Shown in pieces: positions 21,560 through 33,279 of a stretch of DNA of 64,000 nucleotides (position 1 is the stretch's first letter; each line of letters opens with the position of its first letter). The stretch comes from Escherichia coli. GTDB taxonomy: Bacteria > Pseudomonadota > Gammaproteobacteria > Enterobacterales > Enterobacteriaceae. Position numbers and translations under genes: made by a program. Location of the stretch: NCBI RefSeq assembly GCF_003018255.1, contig NZ_CP027440.1; one strand, given 5' to 3'. The notes under the pieces were generated by a model. That model saw only the letters and a program-made list of their open reading frames with translations, did no database searches and was not told where the DNA came from.

Positions 21560-21636
21560 TACCGCTATTGAGGTAGGTCAATTTGCGCAGGCGGATTATT
21601 TTGTGGCAAACACGTGTTCTTTTTGATTTCGCGCAA
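21560..21636 (+). promoter_or_regulatory. fdnG control region: NarL 7-2-7 inverted heptamers (TACCGCT-AT-TGAGGTA) and FNR-like half-sites (TTGAT-TTCG-CGCAA)
   Basis: Motifs read directly at 21560-21575 and 21623-21636; spacing to the fdnG ATG fits a class II FNR promoter with an upstream NarL site. Confidence 0.55.
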
Positions 21637-21700
21637 AAAGATTCAGAATTTTACTGTTAGTTTCCTCGCGCAGTAATACCCCTGAAAAAAGAGGAAAGCA

Positions 21701-24700
21701 ATGGACGTCAGTCGCAGACAATTTTTTAAAATCTGCGCGGGCGGTATGGCTGGAACAACGGTAGCGGCATTGGGCTTTGCCCCGAAGCAAGCACTGGCTC
21801 AGGCGCGAAACTACAAATTATTACGCGCGAAAGAGATCCGTAACACCTGCACATACTGTTCCGTAGGTTGCGGGCTATTGATGTATAGCCTGGGTGATGG
21901 CGCGAAAAACGCCAGAGAAGCGATTTATCACATTGAAGGTGACCCGGATCATCCGGTAAGCCGTGGTGCGCTGTGCCCGAAAGGGGCCGGTTTGCTGGAT
22001 TACGTCAACAGCGAAAACCGTCTGCGCTACCCGGAATATCGTGCGCCAGGTTCTGACAAATGGCAGCGCATTAGCTGGGAAGAAGCATTCTCCCGTATTG
22101 CGAAGCTGATGAAAGCTGACCGTGACGCTAACTTTATTGAAAAGAACGAGCAGGGCGTAACGGTAAACCGTTGGCTTTCTACCGGTATGCTGTGTGCCTC
22201 CGGTGCCAGCAACGAAACCGGGATGCTGACTCAAAAATTTGCCCGCTCCCTCGGGATGCTGGCAGTAGACAACCAGGCGCGCGTCTGACACGGACCAACG
22301 GTAGCAAGTCTTGCTCCAACATTTGGTCGCGGTGCGATGACCAACCACTGGGTGGATATCAAAAACGCTAACGTCGTAATGGTGATGGGCGGTAACGCTG
22401 CTGAAGCGCATCCCGTCGGTTTCCGCTGGGCGATGGAAGCGAAAAACAACAACGATGCAACCTTGATCGTTGTCGATCCCCGTTTTACGCGTACCGCTTC
22501 TGTAGCGGATATTTACGCACCTATTCGTTCCGGTACGGACATTACGTTCCTGTCTGGCGTTTTGCGCTACCTGATCGAAAACAACAAAATCAATGCCGAA
22601 TACGTTAAGCATTACACCAATGCCAGCCTGCTGGTGCGTGATGATTTTGCTTTCGAAGACGGTCTGTTCAGCGGCTACGACGCTGAAAAACGGCAATACG
22701 ATAAATCGTCCTGGAACTATCAGTTCGATGAAAACGGCTATGCGAAACGCGATGAAACACTGACTCATCCGCGCTGTGTGTGGAACCTGCTGAAAGCGCA
22801 CGTTTCCCGCTACACGCCGGACGTTGTTGAAAACATCTGCGGTACGCCAAAAGCCGACTTCCTGAAAGTGTGTGAAGTGCTGGCCTCCACCAGCGCACCG
22901 GATCGCACAACCACCTTCCTGTACGCGCTGGGCTGGACGCAGCACACCGTGGGTGCGCAGAACATCCGTACTATGGCGATGATCCAGTTGCTGCTCGGTA
23001 ACATGGGTATGGCCGGTGGCGGCGTGAACGCATTGCGTGGTCACTCCAACATTCAGGGCCTGACCGACTTAGGTCTGCTCTCAACCAGCCTGCCGGGTTA
23101 TCTGACGCTGCCGTCAGAAAAACAGGTTGATTTGCAGTCGTATCTGGAAGCGAATACGCCGAAAGCGACGCTGGCTGATCAGGTGAACTACTGGAGCAAC
23201 TATCCGAAGTTCTTCGTTAGCCTGATGAAATCTTTCTACGGCGATGCCGCGCAAAAAGAGAACAACTGGGGCTACGACTGGCTGCCGAAGTGGGACCAGA
23301 CCTACGACGTCATCAAGTATTTCAACATGATGGACGAAGGCAAAGTCACCGGTTATTTCTGCCAGGGCTTTAACCCGGTTGCGTCCTTCCCGGACAAAAA
23401 CAAAGTGGTGAGCTGCCTGAGCAAGCTGAAGTACATGGTGGTTATCGATCCGCTGGTGACTGAAACCTCTACCTTCTGGCAGAACCACGGCGAGTCGAAC
23501 GATGTCGATCCGGCGTCCATTCAGACTGAAGTATTCCGTCTGCCTTCGACCTGCTTTGCTGAAGAAGATGGTTCTATTGCTAACTCCGGTCGCTGGTTGC
23601 AGTGGCACTGGAAAGGTCAGGACGCGCCGGGCGAAGCACGTAACGACGGCGAAATTCTGGCGGGTATCTACCATCATCTGCGCGAGCTGTACCAGGCCGA
23701 GGGTGGTAAAGGCGTAGAACCGCTGATGAAGATGAGCTGGAACTACAAGCAGCCGCACGAACCGCAATCTGACGAAGTGGCGAAAGAGAACAACGGCTAT
23801 GCGCTGGAAGATCTCTATGACGCTAATGGCGTGCTGATTGCGAAGAAAGGTCAGTTGCTGAGTAGCTTTGCGCATCTGCGTGATGATGGTACAACCGCAT
23901 CTTCTTGCTGGATCTACACCGGTAGCTGGACAGAGCAGGGCAACCAGATGGCTAACCGCGATAACTCCGACCCGTCCGGTCTGGGGAATACGCTGGGATG
24001 GGCCTGGGCGTGGCCGCTCAACCGTCGCGTGCTGTACAACCGTGCTTCGGCGGATATCAACGGTAAACCGTGGGATCCGAAACGGATGCTGATCCAGTGG
24101 AACGGCAGCAAGTGGACGGGTAACGATATTCCGGACTTCGGCAATGCCGCACCGGGTACGCCAACCGGGCCGTTTATCATGCAGCCGGAAGGGATGGGAC
24201 GCCTGTTTGCCATCAACAAAATGGCGGAAGGTCCGTTCCCGGAACACTACGAGCCAATCGAAACGCCGCTGGGCACTAACCCGCTGCATCCGAACGTGGT
24301 GTCTAACCCGGTTGTTCGTCTGTATGAACAAGACGCGCTGCGGATGGGTAAAAAAGAGCAGTTCCCGTATGTGGGTACGACCTATCGTCTGACCGAGCAC
24401 TTCCACACCTGGACCAAGCACGCATTGCTCAACGCAATTGCTCAGCCGGAACAGTTTGTGGAAATCAGCGAAACGCTGGCGGCGGCGAAAGGCATTGCCA
24501 ATGGCGATCGTGTCACTGTCTCCAGCAAGCGTGGCTTTATCCGCGCGGTGGCTGTGGTAACGCGCCGTCTGAAACCGCTGAATGTAAACGGTCAGCAGGT
24601 TGAAACGGTGGGTATTCCAATCCACTGGGGCTTTGAGGGTGTCGCGCGTAAAGGTTATATCGCTAACACTCTGACGCCGAATGTCGGTGATGCAAACTCG

Positions 24701-24748
24701 CAAACGCCGGAATATAAAGCGTTCTTAGTCAACATCGAGAAGGCGTAA
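21701..24748 (+). CDS. fdnG: formate dehydrogenase-N alpha subunit, selenoprotein (1015 aa), in-frame UGA at 22286-22288 decoded as Sec
   Basis: Track ORFs 21701..22288 and 22337..24748 are in one frame separated only by TGA; Tat signal MDVSRRQFFKICAGG. Confidence 0.95.
22289..22330 (+). promoter_or_regulatory. putative SECIS stem-loop directly 3' of the fdnG UGA
   Basis: Small palindrome GCAAG-TC-TTGC within ~25 nt of the UGA; exact structure not computed. Confidence 0.4.
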
Positions 24749-24760
24749 GGGGGCGAACAG

Positions 24761-25645
24761 ATGGCTATGGAAACGCAGGACATTATCAAAAGGTCCGCAA
24801 CTAACTCCATCACGCCGCCTTCTCAGGTGCGTGATTACAAAGCAGAAGTCGCAAAACTTATCGACGTTTCCACCTGTATCGGCTGTAAAGCCTGTCAGGT
24901 GGCGTGTTCGGAGTGGAACGACATCCGTGATGAAGTGGGGCACTGCGTCGGGGTTTACGATAACCCCGCCGATCTGAGCGCCAAGTCCTGGACGGTGATG
25001 CGCTTTAGCGAAACCGAACAGAACGGCAAGCTGGAGTGGCTGATCCGTAAAGACGGCTGTATGCACTGTGAAGATCCGGGCTGCCTGAAGGCGTGCCCGT
25101 CTGCTGGTGCAATCATTCAGTACGCTAACGGGATTGTCGATTTCCAGTCGGAAAACTGCATCGGCTGTGGTTACTGCATTGCCGGGTGTCCGTTTAATAT
25201 TCCGCGCCTCAACAAAGAGGATAACCGGGTATATAAATGCACGCTCTGCGTCGATCGCGTCAGCGTCGGCCAGGAACCGGCTTGTGTGAAAACCTGTCCG
25301 ACCGGGGCTATCCACTTCGGCACCAAGAAGGAGATGCTGGAGCTGGCGGAACAGCGCGTGGCGAAACTGAAAGCGCGTGGTTACGAACATGCTGGCGTCT
25401 ACAACCCGGAAGGGGTCGGTGGTACGCACGTTATGTACGTGCTGCATCACGCCGATCAGCCGGAGCTGTATCACGGTCTGCCGAAAGATCCGAAGATCGA
25501 CACCTCGGTAAGCCTGTGGAAAGGCGCGTTGAAACCGCTGGCAGCGGCTGGCTTTATTGCCACTTTTGCCGGGTTGATTTTCCACTACATCGGTATTGGC
25601 CCGAATAAGGAAGTGGACGATGACGAGGAGGATCATCATGAGTAA
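24761..25645 (+). CDS. fdnH: formate dehydrogenase-N beta subunit, 4Fe-4S (294 aa)
   Basis: Ferredoxin-type Cys motifs ([23 protein letters not shown]). Confidence 0.95.
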   Translation: MAMETQDIIKRSATNSITPPSQVRDYKAEVAKLIDVSTCIGCKACQVACSEWNDIRDEVGHCVGVYDNPADLSAKSWTVMRFSETEQNGKLEWLIRKDGCMHCEDPGCLKACPSAGAIIQYANGIVDFQSENCIGCGYCIAGCPFNIPRLNKEDNRVYKCTLCVDRVSVGQEPACVKTCPTGAIHFGTKKEMLELAEQRVAKLKARGYEHAGVYNPEGVGGTHVMYVLHHADQPELYHGLPKDPKIDTSVSLWKGALKPLAAAGFIATFAGLIFHYIGIGPNKEVDDDEEDHHE

Positions 25646-26291
25646 GTCGAAAATGATTGTGCGCACCAAATTTATTGATCGCGCCTGTCACTGGACCGTG
25701 GTGATTTGCTTCTTCCTGGTGGCGCTGTCCGGGATTTCGTTCTTCTTCCCGACGCTGCAATGGCTGACGCAAACCTTCGGTACGCCGCAGATGGGACGCA
25801 TTTTGCACCCGTTCTTCGGCATTGCGATTTTCGTCGCGCTGATGTTTATGTTTGTGCGTTTTGTACATCACAATATCCCGGATAAGAAGGATATTCCGTG
25901 GCTGTTGAACATTGTCGAAGTATTAAAAGGCAATGAGCACAAAGTGGCGGATGTTGGTAAGTACAACGCCGGGCAGAAGATGATGTTCTGGTCGATCATG
26001 AGCATGATTTTCGTGCTGCTGGTGACCGGGGTGATTATCTGGCGTCCGTACTTTGCGCAGTACTTCCCGATGCAGGTTGTTCGCTACAGCCTGCTGATTC
26101 ACGCGGCTGCGGGTATCATCCTGATCCACGCCATCCTGATCCATATGTATATGGCATTCTGGGTGAAAGGATCGATTAAAGGGATGATCGAAGGGAAGGT
26201 GAGCCGTCGCTGGGCGAAGAAACACCATCCGCGCTGGTATCGTGAAATCGAGAAGGCGGAAGCGAAAAAAGAGAGTGAAGAAGGGATATAA
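25638..26291 (+). CDS. fdnI: formate dehydrogenase-N gamma subunit, cytochrome b556 (217 aa)
   Basis: Start set at [12 protein letters not shown]; overlaps fdnH end. Confidence 0.9.
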
Positions 26292-26312
26292 TCTCTTTTG
26301 AACTTTAAGCTG

Positions 26313-26345
26313 AAAATGGCGCTTTAAGAAGCGCCATTTTTTTAT
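26313..26345. terminator. rho-independent terminator after fdnI (usable from both strands)
   Basis: AATGGCGC-TTTAAGAA-GCGCCATT hairpin followed by a T7 run. Confidence 0.75.
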
Positions 26346-26626
26346 TGCGTAACCAGACGGCGCAGTCGCGACACATCCACCGTTTTTTCAGCCTCTGCCA
26401 GGCTCCAGGCGTTTTGCAGATTCAGCCACATTTGCGGCGAACTGCCGATCACCACGGAAAGTTTAATCGCCATTTCCGGAGTGAGCGCCGCTTTTCCGGT
26501 CAGCAATCGGCTTGCCGTTGAGGGCGCAATTTCCATTGCTCTGGCAAACTCGCGCAGGCTGACATTAAGTTCGTCCAGTGATTCCTGAATAATGTCCCCC
26601 GGGCGGGGATGATTGGCCATTTTCAT
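26342..26626 (-). CDS. yddM: HigA-like HTH (XRE-family) antitoxin (94 aa)
   Basis: Short HTH protein directly downstream of the toxin gene with a 1-nt overlap. Confidence 0.75.
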
Positions 26627-26904
26627 CAGTGATAGTCCTCGTAATCCAGTATGTATGCATCGCCATTGACGAATTCAAATGTGATTCGCCAGTTGCCCGA
26701 GACAGATATCGCCCAAATTCCATCGCGATCGCCGCTTAACGGGTGTAGTCGGTAACCGGGCATATCGATATCAGCAAGACAGCTTGCTGCATCAATCACA
26801 GCGAGTCGGTGGCGTAATCGTTTGACTTGCGTCGGTATAACGCCGGAGGTTTTGCCGAGAAGAAACAAGTCACGCAATCCCTTGTGTCTGAAATTCATTA
26901 TCAT
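26626..26904 (-). CDS. HigB-like RelE/ParE-superfamily toxin (92 aa)
   Basis: Toxin-first gene order; size and sequence consistent with HigB-type killer proteins. Confidence 0.7.
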
Positions 26905-26916
26905 CTCTTCATCCTT

Positions 26917-26933
26917 GTTCCTTCAAAAGGAAC
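26917..26933. promoter_or_regulatory. palindrome GTTCCTT-CAA-AAGGAAC just upstream of the toxin start; candidate autoregulatory operator
   Basis: Perfect 7-bp inverted arms 13-31 nt upstream of the higB-like start codon. Confidence 0.4.
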
Positions 26934-27089
26934 ACTATCACTATTGTTCCGTGCAGCGCAACAAATTTCGCTACGTTTTTGCGAATTGTGAGGGGAAATA
27001 TGGGGGAGGAAAAGAAGAAGAGTGAAATTGCGGAAAGCGTCTCGCAAAACAGGCTGCGACCCGAACATGGCAGTCGCAGCAAAGGCCTC

Positions 27090-28100
27090 TTAGCGGCGGA
27101 AATCAATCACCATACGGCCACGGATTTTGCCTTCTTCCATCTCGGTAAAGATGGTGTTGATGTCCGCTAACGGACGCAGGGCGACTTTCGGCACCACTTT
27201 GCCTTCGGCGGCAAACTGGAAGGCTTCGGTTAGATCCTGGCGCGTGCCGACCAGCGAACCGACCACTTCAATACCATCCAGCACAAGGCGTGGGATGTCC
27301 AGGCTCATAGACTCCGGCGGCAGACCGACAGCCACAACACGACCGCCTGCTCGTACAGCATCAACCGCCGAGTTAAACGCAGCTTTAGCTACCGCTGTCA
27401 CCACCGCGGCGTGAGCGCCACCGGTTTTTTCTTGCACAATTTTGGCGGCGTCTTCAGTGCGTGAGTTAATCGCTAAATCAGCGCCCATTTCGGTTGCCAG
27501 TTTTAACTGCTCATCATTGACATCAATGGCGATCACTTTGGCGTTAAAGACATTCTTCGCGTATTGCAGGGCGAGGTTACCCAGACCGCCAAGACCGTAG
27601 ATAGCAATCCACTGACCGGGACGAATTTTTGACAGTTTCACCGCTTTATAGGTGGTGACCCCCGCACAGGTAATGCTGCTGGCCGCCGCCGAGTCCAGGC
27701 CATCTGGCACTTTTACCGCGTAATCGGCGACCACGATGCACTCTTCCGCCATCCCGCCATCAACGCTGTATCCGGCATTTTTAACTGAACGGCAGAGCGT
27801 TTCGTTACCACTGTTACAGTATTCGCAATGACCGCATCCTTCGTAAAACCACGCCACGCTGGCACGATCGCCTGGTTTTAATGAGGTGACACCTGGGCCA
27901 ACTTCTGCCACCACACCGATGCCTTCATGGCCCAGAATTACGCCGGTTTTGTCACCAAAATCGCCATTCTTAACATGAAGATCGGTATGACATACACCAC
28001 AACACTCCATTTTCAGCAGGGCTTCGCCATGTTTCAGTGAGCGCAGTGTTTTATCCGTAACGTCAACATGATGATCCTTCGTAACAACTGCAGCCTTCAT
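27090..28100 (-). CDS. adhP: alcohol dehydrogenase, propanol-preferring (336 aa)
   Basis: Zn-ADH motifs ([14 protein letters not shown]); start set at MKAAVV. Confidence 0.9.
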   Translation of the reverse strand: MKAAVVTKDHHVDVTDKTLRSLKHGEALLKMECCGVCHTDLHVKNGDFGDKTGVILGHEGIGVVAEVGPGVTSLKPGDRASVAWFYEGCGHCEYCNSGNETLCRSVKNAGYSVDGGMAEECIVVADYAVKVPDGLDSAAASSITCAGVTTYKAVKLSKIRPGQWIAIYGLGGLGNLALQYAKNVFNAKVIAIDVNDEQLKLATEMGADLAINSRTEDAAKIVQEKTGGAHAAVVTAVAKAAFNSAVDAVRAGGRVVAVGLPPESMSLDIPRLVLDGIEVVGSLVGTRQDLTEAFQFAAEGKVVPKVALRPLADINTIFTEMEEGKIRGRMVIDFRR

Positions 28101-28233
28101 AGTTCCTCCTTTTCGGATGATGTTCTGCATAGCAGGTGAGGCAAATGAGATTTATTCGCCACTACCCAGTATGGATGAGATCTGAAAAAGGGAGAGGAAA
28201 ATTGCCCGGCAGCTTTCACCACCGGGCGCAGGC

Positions 28234-29931
28234 TTAGATGGAGGTACGGCGGTAGTCGCGGTATTCGGCGTGCCAGAAATTATCATCAATGGCCTGTTGC
28301 AGAGCTTCGGCAGACGTTTTCACCGCCACGCCTTGCTGCTGCGCCATTTTGCCAACCGCAAAGGCAATTGCGCGGGAGACTTTCTGAATATCTTTCAGTT
28401 CCGGTAGTACCAGACCTTCGCCGTTCAGGACCAGCGGCGAATACTGAGCAAGCGTTTCACTTGCCGACATCAGCATCTCATCGGTGATACGTGACGCGCC
28501 GGAAGCAATAACGCCCAGCCCGATGCCCGGGAAAATAAAGGCGTTGTTACACTGGGCGATAGGGTAGATTTTATCTTTCCATACCACTGGGTTAAACGGA
28601 CTGCCAGTGGCGACCAGCGCGTTACCTTCAGTCCAGGCGATAATGTCCTGCGGTGTGGCTTCCACGCGTGAAGTCGGGTTAGACAGCGGCATCACGATCG
28701 GACGCGGACAGTGTTTATGCATCTCACGGATAATCTCTTCCGTAAACAGCCCGGTCTGTCCTGAGACGCCAATCAGAATATCTGGTTTTACATTACGCAC
28801 CACATCCAGCAGTGACAGCACATCGCTGTCGGTATCCCAGTCACTGAGGTTTTCGCGCTTCTGCACCAGTTTGGTCTGGAAAGGCAGCAGGTTCGGCATC
28901 TTGTCGGTCAGCAGGCCAAAGCGATCAACCATAAAGACTTTCTGCCGCGCCGCTTCCTCGCTTAATCCTTCACGCTGAGTCTGGGCGATGATCATTTCGG
29001 CAATGCCGCACCCCGCAGAGCCTGCGCCGAGGAAGACAATCTTTTTCTCGCTCAGTTGACCACCTGCCGCGCGGCTGGCTGCGATCAGTGTGCCGACCGT
29101 TACCGCCGCGGTGCCCTGAATGTCATCGTTAAAAGAACAAATTTCATTGCGATAGCGGTTAAGTAACGGCATCGCATTTTTTTGTGCGAAGTCTTCAAAC
29201 TGCAACAGTACGTCCGGCCAGCGTTGTTTCACAGCCTGGATAAATTCATCAACGAATTCATAGTATTCGTCGTCAGTGATACGCGGATTACGCCAGCCCA
29301 TATACAGCGGATCGTTAAGCAGCTGTTGGTTGTTCGTCCCGACATCCAGCACCACCGGAAGGGTATACGCCGGGCTGATGCCGCCACAGGCGGTATAGAG
29401 CGACAGTTTACCGATCGGAATGCCCATCCCGCCGATGCCCTGGTCACCAAGCCCCAGAATACGTTCACCGTCAGTCACCACAATCACTTTAATATTATGG
29501 TTCGGCACGTTTTGCAGAATATCGTCCATATTGTGGCGGTTCTGGTAAGAGATAAACACGCCGCGTGAACGGCGGTAGATCTCAGAAAAACGCTCACAGG
29601 CTGCGCCGACGGTTGGGGTATAAATAACAGGCATCATCTCATCAAGATGATTGTTTACCAGACGGTAGAAGAGGGTTTCGTTAGTGTCCTGGATGTTACG
29701 CAGGTAGATGTGTTTGTCGATTTCGGTTTTGAATCCCTGATACTGGATCCATGCTCGTTCCGCTTGTTCTTCGATGGTTTCGACCACTTCCGGCAGTAAC
29801 CCCAGCAGGTTGAAGTTACGGCGTTCTTCCATGCTGAAGGCGCTGCCTTTATTCAACAACGGAAATTCCAGCAGTACAGGGCCAGCGTAAGGAATATAAA
29901 GCGAACGCTGTCTTTTTGTTTTTGGTTCCAT
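28234..29931 (-). CDS. maeA: NAD-dependent malic enzyme (565 aa)
   Basis: Start set at MEPKTK within the track ORF. Confidence 0.9.
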   Translation of the reverse strand: MEPKTKRQRSLYIPYAGPVLLEFPLLNKGSAFSMEERRNFNLLGLLPEVVETIEEQAERAWIQYQGFKTEIDKHIYLRNIQDTNETLFYRLVNNHLDEMMPVIYTPTVGAACERFSEIYRRSRGVFISYQNRHNMDDILQNVPNHNIKVIVVTDGERILGLGDQGIGGMGIPIGKLSLYTACGGISPAYTLPVVLDVGTNNQQLLNDPLYMGWRNPRITDDEYYEFVDEFIQAVKQRWPDVLLQFEDFAQKNAMPLLNRYRNEICSFNDDIQGTAAVTVGTLIAASRAAGGQLSEKKIVFLGAGSAGCGIAEMIIAQTQREGLSEEAARQKVFMVDRFGLLTDKMPNLLPFQTKLVQKRENLSDWDTDSDVLSLLDVVRNVKPDILIGVSGQTGLFTEEIIREMHKHCPRPIVMPLSNPTSRVEATPQDIIAWTEGNALVATGSPFNPVVWKDKIYPIAQCNNAFIFPGIGLGVIASGASRITDEMLMSASETLAQYSPLVLNGEGLVLPELKDIQKVSRAIAFAVGKMAQQQGVAVKTSAEALQQAIDDNFWHAEYRDYRRTSI

Positions 29932-30020
29932 GTCACTCACTCTTTTTTGAATATCCATCCCTGGCACGCTTTTATCGTCTTTGCTTTACCGCCAGGGCGT
30001 CGGCCCCAAGTATAAAGCAG

Positions 30021-30058
30021 ATAAAAACAAAAACACCATTGCGCAGGCAATGGTGTTT
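30021..30058 (-). terminator. rho-independent terminator downstream of sra
   Basis: 10-bp stem ACACCATTGC-GCAG-GCAATGGTGT with a U-run on the minus strand. Confidence 0.7.
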
Positions 30059-30087
30059 AATCGTCATTGAGGACTGATGGTTATGAA

Positions 30088-30225
30088 TTACTTTTCAGCG
30101 GGGCGTTTTCTGCCTGTTGGGTTATTTACCACGCTGGATTTGTCACCTTCGGTAACTATTTTGCGCTGGTTAGAAATTTTATGGTCCAGTCCAAGAATAT
30201 GACGTGCCTGACGGTTCGATTTCAT
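30088..30225 (-). CDS. sra: stationary-phase ribosome-associated protein Sra (45 aa)
   Basis: Manual translation [45 protein letters not shown]; below the ORF-track size cutoff. Confidence 0.85.
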
Positions 30226-30326
30226 TTTAACTCCTCAATCCTGTTACTAGTTTTAAGGACAACATCGCCGTAGCGAAGAAACACGTGCTAAACCCCTAAA
30301 TTAGGTTGCCGATCAAGCATAGCACC

Positions 30327-30542
30327 TTAAAGCGTAGGGTGCTGACCACTGACCACATAATTGATCGTTTGCTGGTAGATATCACTGAGGATGTCGTTAT
30401 CAGATGCTTCCACCCATTTGGTCAGCTCCATGAGAATGTCATCTTCAGTGACAACACCGTGCTCTGCCCGAAGGCCTTGCTCAATGGCATTAACCAGAGC
30501 GGGTTCTGCTGTTGAATTTTCTGCCTGATAATAAGTAAACAT
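30327..30542 (-). CDS. bdm: biofilm-dependent modulation protein Bdm (71 aa)
   Basis: Start set at MFTYYQAENSTAEP inside the track ORF. Confidence 0.8.
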   Translation of the reverse strand: MFTYYQAENSTAEPALVNAIEQGLRAEHGVVTEDDILMELTKWVEASDNDILSDIYQQTINYVVSGQHPTL

Positions 30543-30886
30543 AGTGATTCTCCGTGTCTGTGTATTTATGGTGTCTGCTACGGATCGCAGATTTATAAAG
30601 CACATTCAGCATGGCAAATATTTGCCGCTTCGTTGTTAAGATTAGTCCTGGTTGATGATTTTTATATTTTAACTCCATGATATTGATAGGTATTATTATT
30701 GTGATGAGTTGATTGATATTGATGCAATATCTCTTGAGTTATATATTTCCGGTTATCTATTGTGGAAATTTAATTTAAGTGCAGGAATTATATTTTCGCC
30801 GGATTTTATTCGGATTATCCTGCTTATCCTCGTGCTGTTTCTCACGTAGTCTATAATTTCCTTTTTAAGCCCACAGGAGAGCAACA

Positions 30887-31318
30887 ATGACAATCCATAA
30901 GAAAGGTCAGGCACACTGGGAAGGCGATATCAAACGCGGGAAGGGAACAGTATCTACTGAGAGCGGCGTGCTGAACCAACAGCCGTATGGATTTAACACG
31001 CGTTTTGAAGGCGAAAAAGGAACCAACCCTGAAGAACTGATTGGCGCAGCGCATGCCGCATGTTTCTCAATGGCGCTTTCATTAATGCTGGGGGAAGCGG
31101 GATTCACGCCAACATCGATTGATACCACCGCAGATGTGTCGCTGGATAAAGTGGATGCCGGTTTTGCGATTACTAAAATCGCACTGAAAAGCGAAGTTGC
31201 GGTGCCGGGTATTGATGCCTCCACCTTTGACGGCATTATCCAGAAAGCAAAAGCAGGATGCCCGGTTTCTCAGGTACTGAAAGCGGAAATTACGCTGGAT
31301 TACCAGTTGAAATCGTAA
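30887..31318 (+). CDS. osmC: osmotically inducible peroxiredoxin OsmC (143 aa)
   Basis: Full-length OsmC/Ohr-family ORF; the only plus-strand gene in this stretch. Confidence 0.9.
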   Translation: MTIHKKGQAHWEGDIKRGKGTVSTESGVLNQQPYGFNTRFEGEKGTNPEELIGAAHAACFSMALSLMLGEAGFTPTSIDTTADVSLDKVDAGFAITKIALKSEVAVPGIDASTFDGIIQKAKAGCPVSQVLKAEITLDYQLKS

Positions 31319-31373
31319 AGCGTTGCCGGATGACGCGTCAGGCGTGTGATTGCCTGATGCGTTGTTAGCGTCT

Positions 31374-32300
31374 CTACAGCGCCCGCCAGCACCGGATCTC
31401 ACGTTCGTCCTCCCTTATTGTTAATGATTGCCGGACTTCACATCCGTGGGTTGTCAGAGGGCAGCGTTCGCGGAAAAAACAGCCTTGTGGCAACGTGCGG
31501 TTTCCTGGTAGATCCGTTTTACGTAATGCCCATTCTTCCTCCAGCGGTTTATCAATGGCGGGGAGGGAATCCAGCAATAATCGGGTGTATGGATGTGCCG
31601 GAGCTGTCAGCACCTGTTGCGCGTCTCCTAGTTCCACAATCTGTCCGAGATACATCACCGCCACCCGATCGCTCATATGACGTATCACCGAGACATTGTG
31701 TGAAATCAGCACATAAGTCAGCTCGCGATTTTCCTGTAGCGTTACCAGTAAATTGAGGATCTGCGCCTGCACGGAGATATCCAGCGCCGAGGTTGGTTCA
31801 TCAAGCACAATCACGTCAGGCTGCGAAGAGAGTGCTCTGGCAATGGCGATACGTTGCCGCTGCCCGCCGGAAAACGCATGAGGCAAGCGGTCGAGATACT
31901 CCGGACGAATACCCACCTGCACAGCCAGCTCCTCTGCCAACGCTCGCCGCTGTTGTTCACTACTACGCTTAGCAATCCAGAGCGGTTCCGTGATGATGCG
32001 CCACACCGGTAAGCGCGGATTAAGCGAAGAGAGCGGGTCCTGAAACACCATCTGCATAATGCGTTGTGATCCTGAACGGATGTACTGCCCGTGGCTCGGT
32101 TGCAGCATACCCATTAAAAGCTGTGCGAGGGTGCTTTTGCCGCAGCCTGACTCACCGACGATCCCTAAGGTTTCACCACGACGGATCTGTAAATCAATAC
32201 CATTGATGGCATGAACATGTTCCGTAGTTTTACCAAGCCAGTTTTTACGGGCCGGGAAATTGATATGGACGTCGCGTAACGTTAATAATGTATCAGACAC
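31374..32300 (-). CDS. ddpF: D,D-dipeptide ABC transporter ATP-binding protein (308 aa)
   Basis: Walker A GESGCGKST; probable GTG start overlapping ddpD end. Confidence 0.8.
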   Translation of the reverse strand: MSDTLLTLRDVHINFPARKNWLGKTTEHVHAINGIDLQIRRGETLGIVGESGCGKSTLAQLLMGMLQPSHGQYIRSGSQRIMQMVFQDPLSSLNPRLPVWRIITEPLWIAKRSSEQQRRALAEELAVQVGIRPEYLDRLPHAFSGGQRQRIAIARALSSQPDVIVLDEPTSALDISVQAQILNLLVTLQENRELTYVLISHNVSVIRHMSDRVAVMYLGQIVELGDAQQVLTAPAHPYTRLLLDSLPAIDKPLEEEWALRKTDLPGNRTLPQGCFFRERCPLTTHGCEVRQSLTIREDEREIRCWRAL

Positions 32301-33279
32301 TAATGACCTCCTGCTGCGGATACCAACAGGCGCAGCGGTGGTTGTTGTCACCATACGCTGTTAGCACCGGGACGTTTTCACACTGTGCACCTGCCGCATA
32401 GCAACGATCGCGAAAAGCGCAGCCGTCAGGCAAATGGGTGAGGTTTGGTACCGTCCCCGGAATAGCGGGTAATGGCTGGCGCGGTATTCCATGTTCCGGT
32501 GCGCATTGCAGCAAACCAATGGTATACGGATGCCGGGGATGATGGATAACGTCTGCCGTCACGCCGCTCTCAATCACGCTTCCGGCATACATCACGTAAA
32601 CGCTATCGCACAGTTGCGACACCACGGCCATATCATGGCTGATGAACAGTACCGCAGTTCCACTGGCGCGGGCTTTATGTTTAAGCAGACGCAGTACCTG
32701 CAACTGTACCGTGACGTCCAGCGCCGTAGTCGGTTCGTCGGCAATAATCAATTGCGGCTCGCAGGAGAATGCCAGCGCAATCATTACCCGCTGGCGCATA
32801 CCACCTGAAAGCTCAAACGGATAGCGCGACATAACTTCCACGGCATCCGGGATTTGCATCTCTTCCAGCAGGGCAATCGCTTTAGCTCTGGCTTCCCGAC
32901 GACTTATTGGTTGATGATGGCGGATCACGTCCATCATCTGAAGACCTATTCGACGTGTCGGATTAAGGGCGGTCATCGGTTCCTGAAAGATCATCGCCAC
33001 TCGTGCGCCGCGCCACTGACGAAGCTGCTTTTCCCGAGCGTTAAGAACATCTTCTCCCAGCAGTGAAATATGTCCCCGATGTACGCAATAACTGCCCGTC
33101 GGTAGCAGACGCATAATCAACATTGCAGTGACTGATTTACCCGAGCCGGATTCTCCCACCAGACCGACAATTTCACCGCGGTTGATTTTCAATGACACAT
33201 TGTTGAGCGCGTGAACGTCGCCGTTAAAACCGGGGAAACTCAAATGCAGTTGTTGAATGTCCAGAACGGGTTGGGTCAT
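32293..33279 (-). CDS. ddpD: D,D-dipeptide ABC transporter ATP-binding protein (328 aa)
   Basis: Walker A GESGSGKS. Confidence 0.85.
   Translation of the reverse strand: MTQPVLDIQQLHLSFPGFNGDVHALNNVSLKINRGEIVGLVGESGSGKSVTAMLIMRLLPTGSYCVHRGHISLLGEDVLNAREKQLRQWRGARVAMIFQEPMTALNPTRRIGLQMMDVIRHHQPISRREARAKAIALLEEMQIPDAVEVMSRYPFELSGGMRQRVMIALAFSCEPQLIIADEPTTALDVTVQLQVLRLLKHKARASGTAVLFISHDMAVVSQLCDSVYVMYAGSVIESGVTADVIHHPRHPYTIGLLQCAPEHGIPRQPLPAIPGTVPNLTHLPDGCAFRDRCYAAGAQCENVPVLTAYGDNNHRCACWYPQQEVISV

Noticed and set aside
21677-21683. TACCCCT NarL-type heptamer ~20 nt upstream of the fdnG ATG
   Set aside because: Falls within the 5' UTR/RBS region rather than at a promoter-proximal regulatory position; probably a chance match.
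21875-25669. Long minus-strand ORFs (389, 529 and 314 aa) overlapping fdnG and fdnH
   Set aside because: Antisense to conserved formate dehydrogenase genes; low-complexity Arg/His-rich composition, no independent RBS or motif support.
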